Below, one piece after another: positions 25,757-33,909 of a stretch of DNA of 64,000 nucleotides. Every line of letters begins with the position of its first letter. Positions within the stretch are counted from its first letter, which is position 1. A program made the position numbers and the translations under genes. Source of the DNA: an uncultured virus (IMG/VR IMGVR_UViG_3300008107_000013) (lineage: Duplodnaviria > Heunggongvirae > Uroviricota > Caudoviricetes); the IMG/VR virus record IMGVR_UViG_3300008107_000013; one strand, written 5' to 3'. The notes beneath the pieces were generated by a model, which did no database searches, had not been told where the DNA came from, and saw only the letters and a list, made by a program, of their open reading frames with translations.

Positions 25757-26251
25757 TTACGCTCCATATTTTTTATCATGTTCTTTTCCAATACCATATG
25801 ACCCATCGTACATTGTAAGTGCTTCGGCGTTAAAGCTCAAGTATTGTCCAATGCGAGTACCTTTCTTAATCTTCGCTGGACCCACCGTAACGTGCATAAC
25901 GCCTGCCATAACACCATGATAGCCAGAGTCGTAAAGGCCTGAAGTAATAAAGCAGCCGTTCCGATTAAGAGTGCTACGAGTAATAACCCAGCCAGCTTCA
26001 CCCTCACCGACGTTGATGATGTTTTCCATGACAACCTCGTAGTGACCAGGGTCCAGGAAATAGAATCCTTCGCTGTCTGGTAATAACTCTTCAGTTCCTC
26101 TATGGGTCTTAGTTTCATTTGTCACCTCAAATACATTAGGTAAAATTTTAAATACCTTTCCAAGCCTCAAATCGACAGCATTAGGCTGGCTGTCTCCATT
26201 ACAAACATTTGATAAAGTACTTTTGGAATTAGGTCCGAGTATGTGCTTCAT
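25757..26251 (-). CDS. dCTP deaminase / trimeric dUTPase family protein
   Basis: QPNAVDLRL, RSTLNRNG, YDSGYHG and RIGQ motifs. Confidence 0.85.
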   Translation of the reverse strand: MKHILGPNSKSTLSNVCNGDSQPNAVDLRLGKVFKILPNVFEVTNETKTHRGTEELLPDSEGFYFLDPGHYEVVMENIINVGEGEAGWVITRSTLNRNGCFITSGLYDSGYHGVMAGVMHVTVGPAKIKKGTRIGQYLSFNAEALTMYDGSYGIGKEHDKKYGA

Positions 26252-26899
26252 TCATTCTCCAAAATAATAAGGATTTTCAACAGTTTCAAATTTAGCTTTT
26301 GCGATCAGTCGGTTTCGATTGAAATCAATCTTACTAACGACGTTAGGTGTGGTTTCTATACTTCCTTCAAACTTAGTAGAGGAAATATTCAACTCATGAT
26401 CTAAGTACATGGGCGAAATTTCGTTACGAAAAAGATTCAGCGAAAGGTCGTCCCGATCATAATACAGGCAGCTAAAAGTACCGTCAAATTCATTCAACTC
26501 ATCAAAACTCGTTCGAACACTTTCTAACATCTGCATTGTGTCCCACGATGTATTATACTTAGCTGCTTTCCCCTTGATAACTTCAGCTTTTATAATACCA
26601 TTGTGCCACAGCGCTTTGTTTGGCCATGTTTGATATTTCTCTGTAATAACGGCAGGATGAATAGATTGCTCCGAGCGCATTTCGGTTGTAGGGGCCTGTA
26701 CATGAACTATACCGTAATTGTTATGAGGTATTATATGCCTAGTTAAATCTATAGTTCCAAGTTTTTTTACTTCAACAGTTAAAATACCTGTTGTAATATT
26801 ATAGAGGGAGAAAGAATAAGAATGAGAACCTCTATAAGAATTAAGAGCTACAAGCTCTCTTAATGTATCAATATTCTTTGATCCGATGATTGCGCACAT
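26252..26899 (-). CDS. stand-alone class II (Ntn) glutamine amidotransferase domain
   Basis: N-terminal M-C-A-I-I-G nucleophile, RG, HP, LWHNGII and DG.FS motifs. Confidence 0.8.
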   Translation of the reverse strand: MCAIIGSKNIDTLRELVALNSYRGSHSYSFSLYNITTGILTVEVKKLGTIDLTRHIIPHNNYGIVHVQAPTTEMRSEQSIHPAVITEKYQTWPNKALWHNGIIKAEVIKGKAAKYNTSWDTMQMLESVRTSFDELNEFDGTFSCLYYDRDDLSLNLFRNEISPMYLDHELNISSTKFEGSIETTPNVVSKIDFNRNRLIAKAKFETVENPYYFGE

Positions 26900-27381
26900 A
26901 ATATACCTTTCTCAAGCATGCAGTTAATTTCTATTATAGTTGATTTTGCATTTTTGTGCAAGATTGCATACCCTCCCGCAGCTTTAAAAGGATCTATACA
27001 TGCTTCAGAATCGTCAATTAGTAAGGTATTTTCAAATGCGTAATTTGCTTTCTCTTTTTTAGTAAGAGTGAAATTATAGTTAAGAGATTCAAACCCTTTA
27101 TTTTCTAGCCAGAGTATTTTTTGAGCTACTACTAGACTAGAGTTAAATTTATCTGATGCACAGGAGAGTATTTCAATGTTAACTTTTAGTCCACTGAGGC
27201 CTTGTACAAGAAGAAGGGCATCGGCACACATTGGTAGATTGGCAAATCCTTTTCTATCCACAAAATCAAACCAATTATTTTTGTTAGGATCATCTCTGCA
27301 ATTACATCCATAAATGCTTGAGTAATGCTTATCGAAGTCAGCAATGACCCCGTCCATATCTAAGTAAATAGTATCAATCAT
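26860..27381 (-). CDS. HAD-family 5'(3')-deoxyribonucleotidase-like protein
   Basis: YLDMDGVIADF and LIDD motifs. Confidence 0.85.
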   Translation of the reverse strand: MIDTIYLDMDGVIADFDKHYSSIYGCNCRDDPNKNNWFDFVDRKGFANLPMCADALLLVQGLSGLKVNIEILSCASDKFNSSLVVAQKILWLENKGFESLNYNFTLTKKEKANYAFENTLLIDDSEACIDPFKAAGGYAILHKNAKSTIIEINCMLEKGILCAQSSDQRILIH

Positions 27382-28075
27382 TTTAATAGTTTATCCCATG
27401 GTATGTCTGTCGAATAAGGTATCGGATCTTTTAGTTTAGCTTTACTAAAGTTAGCAATACGCTCACTGCAAGAAGGACACTTACCGCAACTTCTGCCTGA
27501 AGAATCAGGATTATAGCAAGTAAGAGTAAAATCCAGTCTAACATTTCCAATCTCCTTTGCAATTTCTAACTCTTCGTACCAAACTTCTGCGTTGTATCCC
27601 AGTATCCGTATTCATCGTGTACTTGCAACCCGGTAAAGACATACGGTGCATTATGTGACTCAGCAAACGAAAATGCCAATGCATTTAATATCATATTACG
27701 AAACGGAACATAAGTCTTAGGTTGAGGGTCACCAAGAACTTCTTTTATTGTTGGCATATTAACGTTTGTACCAGATATATTAGCGGAGATAGGCTTGGCA
27801 ATCTCTCCTAAAATACCTAAGTCAAGTACATGATGTTGAATGCAAAGATACTCACAAGTTTTTTTAGCTAATTCTAATTCGCGCTTTTGCTTTTGACCAT
27901 AATCAAACGAGAGAGCAATCACTCGACTATACTTACCATCAGGTCGATGTCCGTACTTTGCATTTAAGATATAGGTCATAATAGTACTATCCAGACCTCC
28001 AGATAGTACCGATACTACATTCTGATTATACTCAATACTTGGTAGATTACTAACAGCCTTGTCCAGGGTCATCAT
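27378..28075 (-). pseudogene. queC: 7-cyano-7-deazaguanine synthase QueC, split by an internal deletion and frameshift near 27578
   Basis: N-part has SGGLDS, FDYGQ and TYVPFRN and stops at 27566; C-part 27378..27578 in the -1 frame has TCY...CGKCPSCSER Zn motif; the linking segment is missing. Confidence 0.85.
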
Positions 28076-28262
28076 GTCTTTCCTTTTGTACTTTATGTAC
28101 ATACACAACAGCATCCATAAGTTCTTCTTTTAGATGCTGTAACCATTGATCGAAGTTTAAATCATTACGCTCCGTAGTAACACCATATTTTTTAAAGCCA
28201 TGTAAAGAGCGATCTACAAACTCTCCACATATTTCATTTACATTGTTATCAGGTGATTTCAT
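28050..28262 (-). CDS. MazG-like nucleotide pyrophosphohydrolase
   Basis: KKYG and HLKEELMDAVVY (EExxD) all-alpha motif. Confidence 0.65.
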   Translation of the reverse strand: MKSPDNNVNEICGEFVDRSLHGFKKYGVTTERNDLNFDQWLQHLKEELMDAVVYVHKVQKERHDDPGQGC

Positions 28263-29188
28263 TGTCTTGGTGTCTTAGTAGAAGGTACTGCTGGGTTAAT
28301 AATAGAATGATCATAAAGTAGGTTCATAGAAGAAGCACGTACGGGGTTAATATCAATACCCCCTCTTCGAGTATATAAACATCCTACTAATAGCTCTTCT
28401 GGTTCAAGTAAGTCCCAGAGTCGTTTGTAGATACATTCGCAAATTTCTTCGTGAAAATGATTCTCTTTTCTCATTGAGATAATATATTGCAGAAGCGACT
28501 CATCTGTAACTCCTTTCTTACCCTTTACATGAATATACACATCACCCCAATCGGGTTGATTAGTAACACGACAGTTCGAACGTAAGGAATGTGAGCGTCG
28601 TTTAACAGCGTATTGCTCTTTTGTTGGAATAACTTCTAGAATATCAGCCGATTCGTTGTAACGATCAAATGAGATGTTTTCTACATCACAATAAAACTCT
28701 AGAGAAATAAAATCACCATTAAAAGGTCTCACTGTATCGCTAGGGTTAATAAACAAGCAAGCTTCCACTGAGGCCGGGCCCCCAATCGCCTTTTGTAAAT
28801 CATCTTCAATCATTCTTTCAATCTTGTATATCTCATCATGCGTATCAATTAAGCGAGCCATATTATAAGAGTTGAGATAAAGCTTAACTGACTTTGATTC
28901 TACAATGTTAGGTGAATGACTATTATAAACAAATTTTAACCAGCCTGAGATAGGATAGCCATTTTTAAGAAGCGTAGAAAACTCATATGAGTTCCAGCTA
29001 TCTCTTCCTACAAACGGCAACTTTTCACCATCTAACCCGTAAGCTGTTCGATTAAGCTGTCTTGGTACGGCTACTAACAGCGTTGGATCTACATTGTCAG
29101 GTGTTACGTATGGTTTAACAACCGTCCCGTCTCCCGCCTTACCCAGGTGTACTGAAACTAGTTTATTAAGTTCTTCTTGATTATCCAT
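28259..29188 (-). CDS. queF: NADPH-dependent preQ0 reductase (bimodular QueF)
   Basis: ESKSVKLYLNS QueF motif, LRSNCRVTNQPDWG catalytic Cys/Asp, FHEEICE and YTRRGGIDINP. Confidence 0.95.
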   Translation of the reverse strand: MDNQEELNKLVSVHLGKAGDGTVVKPYVTPDNVDPTLLVAVPRQLNRTAYGLDGEKLPFVGRDSWNSYEFSTLLKNGYPISGWLKFVYNSHSPNIVESKSVKLYLNSYNMARLIDTHDEIYKIERMIEDDLQKAIGGPASVEACLFINPSDTVRPFNGDFISLEFYCDVENISFDRYNESADILEVIPTKEQYAVKRRSHSLRSNCRVTNQPDWGDVYIHVKGKKGVTDESLLQYIISMRKENHFHEEICECIYKRLWDLLEPEELLVGCLYTRRGGIDINPVRASSMNLLYDHSIINPAVPSTKTPRQ

Positions 29189-29741
29189 TATGATTTGTCC
29201 TCTTTTCTAACTCCGTATTGTAGATGTCTAGAATAAATTGAGTGCGCTGTCTTACCGATCCATTTACAAATAAAAAGTTAATGTTATGCCCACTCATAAC
29301 ATCGTTAAAAATTTGTACGATGTCATCTCTAAATTCTGTATCAGTACTTCTAGTGCCGTCGTCCACAATGTCAAACTCCGGCACAATATAAAATAAAAGA
29401 TCGTACAGTTGTACGGTCTTATTAAAAATTCTATATGCGAGATCTAATATTTCCTGACTTACCTTACCTTTATTTCTCAAATACTTTGTATATACCAGTC
29501 CGTCAAGAGAAGTTCTATCCGTAATCATATTGTCATGCATGAAGAGATTTACTATATGCTCTTGCATGATTAGTCTTTGAGTCACGTCACTCCCGTGCTC
29601 ATTAATTAGTAAGCCATAACTTTTTACTCTACGTGTTACTTCATCACAAATAGAGTAATCTTTAAATATTGGTTCTGATCTTAATGCATTAAGTAAAGTA
29701 GTTTTACCTACAGACTGTGCTCCGCTAATCCCAATTCTCAT
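29181..29741 (-). CDS. P-loop nucleotide-monophosphate-kinase-like protein
   Basis: GAQSVGKTT, DRTSLD and DDGTR motifs. Confidence 0.8.
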   Translation of the reverse strand: MRIGISGAQSVGKTTLLNALRSEPIFKDYSICDEVTRRVKSYGLLINEHGSDVTQRLIMQEHIVNLFMHDNMITDRTSLDGLVYTKYLRNKGKVSQEILDLAYRIFNKTVQLYDLLFYIVPEFDIVDDGTRSTDTEFRDDIVQIFNDVMSGHNINFLFVNGSVRQRTQFILDIYNTELEKRTNHNG

Positions 29742-30285
29742 TTAACATTAACCTTGTATTTAAAAAGTCTACCCATAATTCTATAGACCTTTCCTTCAAT
29801 TTGCCAATCAGACTGTCCAGTGTTTCATTTTCTTCAATCAGGCAAGCATGAAGGCGCATAATTTCTCCCTCATCTACCTCCGGTGTTACTCTGTGTATAA
29901 CCGTACCTGTGGTAGGTAGTTTAAGCTCTAATGCTTTCTTTTGCGGGTCTTTACCCTTAAGTATAGGATAAGTTCTAATGTCTCCTGGATGGCCGTTATA
30001 TACTTCAAACTTCTCGCAGATGTCAGCCGGAAGAATTCTTAGATACCCATGTAGTGTAATAAGCCACTTCCCGTTATACTCCTCTCTTAGGAAGTCCATA
30101 ATTATATCATGCTTCCATTTTACGATGTTAAAATTATTAACCGAGGTATGAAAGGTAGACTCGTTTAAATTGTTAGTAAAAACGATTGAGGGTTGGTATC
30201 CCAGTCGTTCACAAATGCCTACTAACTCGGAGCCAGATTGGCTGAACATAGCAATCCAGCCCTTTTTAACAGGTAAACTATCCAT
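29725..30285 (-). CDS. dpdN: PurN-like formyltransferase, probable preQ1 formyltransferase (start reassigned to 30285)
   Basis: FSQSGSE, LHGYLRIL, NGHPG and TGTVIHRVTPEVDEG motifs; lies between dpdA and queF. Confidence 0.75.
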   Translation of the reverse strand: MDSLPVKKGWIAMFSQSGSELVGICERLGYQPSIVFTNNLNESTFHTSVNNFNIVKWKHDIIMDFLREEYNGKWLITLHGYLRILPADICEKFEVYNGHPGDIRTYPILKGKDPQKKALELKLPTTGTVIHRVTPEVDEGEIMRLHACLIEENETLDSLIGKLKERSIELWVDFLNTRLMLNENWD

Positions 30286-31066
30286 TACAGATAGCTCTGA
30301 AACATTCAATATTGTAGAGGACTTTTTCAAGAGTTCCATCATCCACCTCTTGGTTAATCATAGTAAATAATTTTTGTGAAGGTTTATCTTCCAAACCGTC
30401 TTCACCTTTGTATCGCATTCCCTTTAAGCCCGCAACGACGGGGTTTGAAGTATCGATAGAATCGAGCCAGGTAAAATCACGGTATGAGGAAAATTCTTGC
30501 GGGAGGCCACATCCGAGGAGGTGATGAGGTTTCTGTGTGTTGATAATCCCGGTATGGAGTAGATGGTGTAAAAGTGCGTCCCGTCCGTACATGTAATGAT
30601 GATACACTGTCGGGAGTTTTCCATTTACATTTTCGTCCACAAAGAATGAATAATCAAATGAGAATGCAACCTTATCTACTCGAGGTTCTACTTCCTCATA
30701 ACACCAAATAATATCCTCTAAGCTCTTACCTTGAACTACTCCTATAGTTTTACACCCAGCAACAGGCTCCCAGTTAAGTAAGCGTGCTACTGTTCCTTCT
30801 GCATCTTCCAATACATCAGGAATAATATAATAATCAGGCATTAACTTCTCAATCCAGCCACGATACTTTTCTGAATCAAATGCCTCGCCAAGTTCAAAGA
30901 TAGAGTTATCAAGAATAATCTCTCGACCCTTTTCTTTTGCTCGTTTAAACTTAGCCCAATACTCTTCACTCTCCTCAAACAAATGCACTAAAGCATAATC
31001 GTAATCAGTAACTTCTTGTACGTGATTAAAAATAGAAAGAGGTGCTTCGTGTGCAATTTTAGCCAT
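30278..31066 (-). CDS. dpdA: TGT-fold 7-deazaguanine transglycosylase, DpdA3-like (start reassigned to 31066)
   Basis: ILDNSIFE, IPDV, GVVQG, HHLLG and SIDTSNP motifs inside a que cluster. Confidence 0.8.
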   Translation of the reverse strand: MAKIAHEAPLSIFNHVQEVTDYDYALVHLFEESEEYWAKFKRAKEKGREIILDNSIFELGEAFDSEKYRGWIEKLMPDYYIIPDVLEDAEGTVARLLNWEPVAGCKTIGVVQGKSLEDIIWCYEEVEPRVDKVAFSFDYSFFVDENVNGKLPTVYHHYMYGRDALLHHLLHTGIINTQKPHHLLGCGLPQEFSSYRDFTWLDSIDTSNPVVAGLKGMRYKGEDGLEDKPSQKLFTMINQEVDDGTLEKVLYNIECFRAICNG

Positions 31067-31445
31067 TAAGATTATACTCCTGTTGGGCGTGCGCTCGATC
31101 ACGCTCTCGTTTTTGATAGTACTTCGTCCCTAGAAATTCCATACGCGTAATAATTTCGTTTACTTGAGGTTGTTCTAGCTTTACAATTTCGGTCACACCA
31201 CTAATCTTTTCCTCTAACCAGAAGTTCTTTGGGTAGAAAGCTTTAAATGCTTCTTCTACTCCTTTCATTTCTTCTAGAGGTCCGGCTATCGTTTTCATTA
31301 TTTTAATGTCCCAACTTTCATACTGCTCGGGAGAATGTTTAAAACGATCTAATGCATCCCACGAACCAGTATGTCCGAATTTATAAAAGACCTCTTTGGT
31401 CTTCTTATCTGTAAACCTGGCAAAATACATCTTACCTATGTTCAT
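31059..31445 (-). CDS. GIY-YIG/T5orf172-like putative nuclease
   Basis: MYF...FYKFGHT...RF...E...G.TE pattern. Confidence 0.5.
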   Translation of the reverse strand: MNIGKMYFARFTDKKTKEVFYKFGHTGSWDALDRFKHSPEQYESWDIKIMKTIAGPLEEMKGVEEAFKAFYPKNFWLEEKISGVTEIVKLEQPQVNEIITRMEFLGTKYYQKRERDRAHAQQEYNLNG

Positions 31446-31735
31446 AACACCATCCTTAAAAGTCCTACTGTATCAATTGTGGTAAGTAGTAAATAGTTTG
31501 CTAGAAGGCCAAAAGACCTTCTCGTCCAGGAAGCCCATGCATATAATGCACAACCGGCAATCCAAACAGGATAGAGAGCGAGTAATGGAGGATTGGGTAC
31601 AGTAAGAGCCATAGTGATACTACAGCCAATACTAATAGCCCAGGCCAGGACCTCAATAGCAAAGCGTAACCGATTCGACTTAAAGTCGTCCTTAATCCAG
31701 TCAAAGATTCCACCAATAACCCCTTCATTCATCAA
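31442..31735 (-). CDS. small three-TM membrane protein
   Basis: 97 aa, three hydrophobic helices. Confidence 0.7.
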   Translation of the reverse strand: MMNEGVIGGIFDWIKDDFKSNRLRFAIEVLAWAISIGCSITMALTVPNPPLLALYPVWIAGCALYAWASWTRRSFGLLANYLLLTTIDTVGLLRMVL

Positions 31736-31998
31736 ACCCCCTTACCTTCACCTGCTAAAAAGTAGTTAGTTACTTTTTGCATCATAACAGTTTTACTTTG
31801 AGTGCGACTAAGTTCGTCCTTGAAGCGGAGTTTAGTAGCGTCTTTTCCACTTGACTGATTAATAACATTGATGCATTGCTCTCTAAACGTTTCTACTGAC
31901 GCAATTGGAAAAAGAGCAAAGAGTTGGGTCATCGTCTCACTACCAATTCCATCTTCTTTAACACGATTACGAGAGTTAGTCTGAGTATTAAGTTGCAT
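31732..31998 (-). CDS. hypothetical protein
   Basis: 88 aa, AGGAG SD, own promoter. Confidence 0.7.
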   Translation of the reverse strand: MQLNTQTNSRNRVKEDGIGSETMTQLFALFPIASVETFREQCINVINQSSGKDATKLRFKDELSRTQSKTVMMQKVTNYFLAGEGKGV

Positions 31999-32023
31999 TA
32001 CGGTCTCCTAAGTTAACATCTAT

Positions 32024-32052
32024 ATTATAATATAACTTAGAAATTATATCAA
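32024..32052 (-). promoter_or_regulatory. sigma70-type early promoter TTGATA-N17-TATAAT inside the modification cluster
   Basis: GTTGATATAATTTC motif, 17-bp spacer. Confidence 0.75.
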
Positions 32053-32072
32053 CCCTACAACTTGCTCCGGTA

Positions 32073-32765
32073 TTACAGCTTCTCCCCATACGTCTGCTGT
32101 AGTGCTATGTTATCGAAGAACTCTTTCTTTACTGACGCGTCATGAAACTGTCCGTGTAGAACGGTTGTTTGAGTTAGAGAGGATTGTGCCATAATACCTC
32201 TATTTTCACAACAGCCATGCTTTGCAGCAATATAGACAGCTACGTCCTGTGATTCAGTTGCATCCATAATTGACTTGGCAATCTGATTACACAGTTCCTC
32301 CTGAAGAGTTCCTCTCCTAGCATGCCACTGCGCAATACGGGTGTACTTGGATAACCCAATTACTTTATTACTAGGAATAATTCCAATGTACGCAACCCCT
32401 CTTACCGGCTGATGATGGTGTGAACAAAGAGATTTTAACTCTGACCGTACCACAAGCATGCCCGAGTACCTATCATCACTATCGTTAGGAAATGCGGTAG
32501 AATCGGGTGCAGGGTCATATCGCCCGGCCATAATTTCGTTGTAGTACATTTTAGCTAGTCGACGAGCAGTCCCTTTAGAATTAGGATCAGTCTCTCGATC
32601 AATTAAAAGCGCATCTAATACCTTTTCAAATGCTTCCGTAGCTTCATCTATTAAATGTATCTTAGATGCCTCTACGACATACTCACTAACATTATCTCCG
32701 GCCCAAAAGCGCTTACCATCCGACCTCATTCGTTCTCTAAGTACTTGCGATAAATTTTTTTCCAT
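32073..32765 (-). CDS. folE: GTP cyclohydrolase I
   Basis: SLCSHHHQP, IGLSK, RRGTLQEEL and HGCCENRG motifs. Confidence 0.95.
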   Translation of the reverse strand: MEKNLSQVLRERMRSDGKRFWAGDNVSEYVVEASKIHLIDEATEAFEKVLDALLIDRETDPNSKGTARRLAKMYYNEIMAGRYDPAPDSTAFPNDSDDRYSGMLVVRSELKSLCSHHHQPVRGVAYIGIIPSNKVIGLSKYTRIAQWHARRGTLQEELCNQIAKSIMDATESQDVAVYIAAKHGCCENRGIMAQSSLTQTTVLHGQFHDASVKKEFFDNIALQQTYGEKL

Positions 32766-32767
32766 TA

Positions 32768-32959
32768 TTAAAGTTCCTCAAGCTTTTTTTTGTAATGCTC
32801 AATTTGATCTTTCAATTCTAGTTTTTTCTTTTTTAACATCCTTACATGTATGTCATCATCGTATTGACGGTAGTTAACTTCTATTTGCTTATCAACTGCT
32901 TGATGTAAATCTTCTAGATGCATAATAAACTCTTCCATTTCACGTTTTGTCATAATCAT
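32768..32959 (-). CDS. DUF465/YdcH-like coiled-coil protein
   Basis: H..VDKQI...LKKKKLELKDQI pattern. Confidence 0.65.
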   Translation of the reverse strand: MIMTKREMEEFIMHLEDLHQAVDKQIEVNYRQYDDDIHVRMLKKKKLELKDQIEHYKKKLEEL

Positions 32960-33469
32960 CTACAGCCCCTCAAATAAATTCTCTTCCCACTCTCTATGAC
33001 CTTCTCTAAAAGCCATATTAGCTTGCGTTTCTCTAACTTCTACTCTAAAGCACCAAAGCCGACTTGCTTCTCCCGGGCCCCAGTAATCAGGTACATAAAC
33101 GCCATTAATATACTTGTACAACATATCGGCTAGCCCTTCACACCCTAACCTTGGTAGAACAGTAAGTTTAGCTAACTTAAGTCTTTCAAGTTCGTGAAAT
33201 TTTTCAATTAATGGATCATCTTGAGCAACTAGTAAGGTATGATCGAATTGATCTTGCAACACTTCTTTCAACTCTTTAAACCCGCCATAGTCAGCAACCC
33301 AGTTACGAAAATCTAGATCGTTACTTCCGAACCAAAACTTCATAGAAAAAGCATAACCATGAATGAGGTTGCAATGTGAGTCAGCTCTCCACTGACGATA
33401 TGCAACTGGAAATGCATCAACATACTCTTTAGTTGAAACGTACTTGTATGTTACAGGCTGTAAACTCAT
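32960..33469 (-). CDS. queD: 6-carboxytetrahydropterin synthase (start reassigned to 33469)
   Basis: CNLIHGY, DYG, FDHTLL and VEVRET motifs; ATGA coupling. Confidence 0.9.
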   Translation of the reverse strand: MSLQPVTYKYVSTKEYVDAFPVAYRQWRADSHCNLIHGYAFSMKFWFGSNDLDFRNWVADYGGFKELKEVLQDQFDHTLLVAQDDPLIEKFHELERLKLAKLTVLPRLGCEGLADMLYKYINGVYVPDYWGPGEASRLWCFRVEVRETQANMAFREGHREWEENLFEGL

Positions 33470-33909
33470 TTTTTCTCCCACCAAAAATCTATCCATTGAG
33501 GTACATCTTCTCTACTAAGTTCCCATCCAAAATAGGTAGGGGTAAAATTTCTTGCATTAGTGTTGTTATGGATCAAGGTAGCGGTGTGCACTTCTTTATA
33601 TACCTTAGTAATATCATCTAACGATACTCCTGTATCGCAAATATCGTCAACCACTAAAATTTTCTGTTTTCTTTCAATAGCTAGATGTATGACAGAATTT
33701 TCCTTGTCTCTTATTTTAGAAACGTTGCTAGACCAATTTAATGCTACAAACACTGTATCAAATATATTTGATAGATGAACGGCAGGGGTTAGACCCCCCC
33801 TTACAACTCCTACAATTACATCGTAATGAACGTTTGCTTTTTCAATAGCATAAACTATAGAAGATAGATCATCCATATAGTTCTTAAAATTATAATCTAT
33901 ATTTTTCAT
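33466..33909 (-). CDS. type I purine phosphoribosyltransferase (Gpt-like)
   Basis: GVVRGGL, ILVVDDICDTG PRPP loop and WIDFWWE C-terminus; TAATG coupling to queE. Confidence 0.9.
   Translation of the reverse strand: MKNIDYNFKNYMDDLSSIVYAIEKANVHYDVIVGVVRGGLTPAVHLSNIFDTVFVALNWSSNVSKIRDKENSVIHLAIERKQKILVVDDICDTGVSLDDITKVYKEVHTATLIHNNTNARNFTPTYFGWELSREDVPQWIDFWWEKK

Noticed and set aside
27560..27600. Programmed -1 frameshift restoring QueC
   Set aside because: No X-XXY-YYZ slippery site at the junction (CAG AAG TTT GGT), and a conserved segment would still be missing.
29725..30285. Ordinary purN purine-synthesis auxiliary gene
   Set aside because: No other de novo pur genes, divergent motifs, and overlap with dpdA and the kinase favour a role in base modification.
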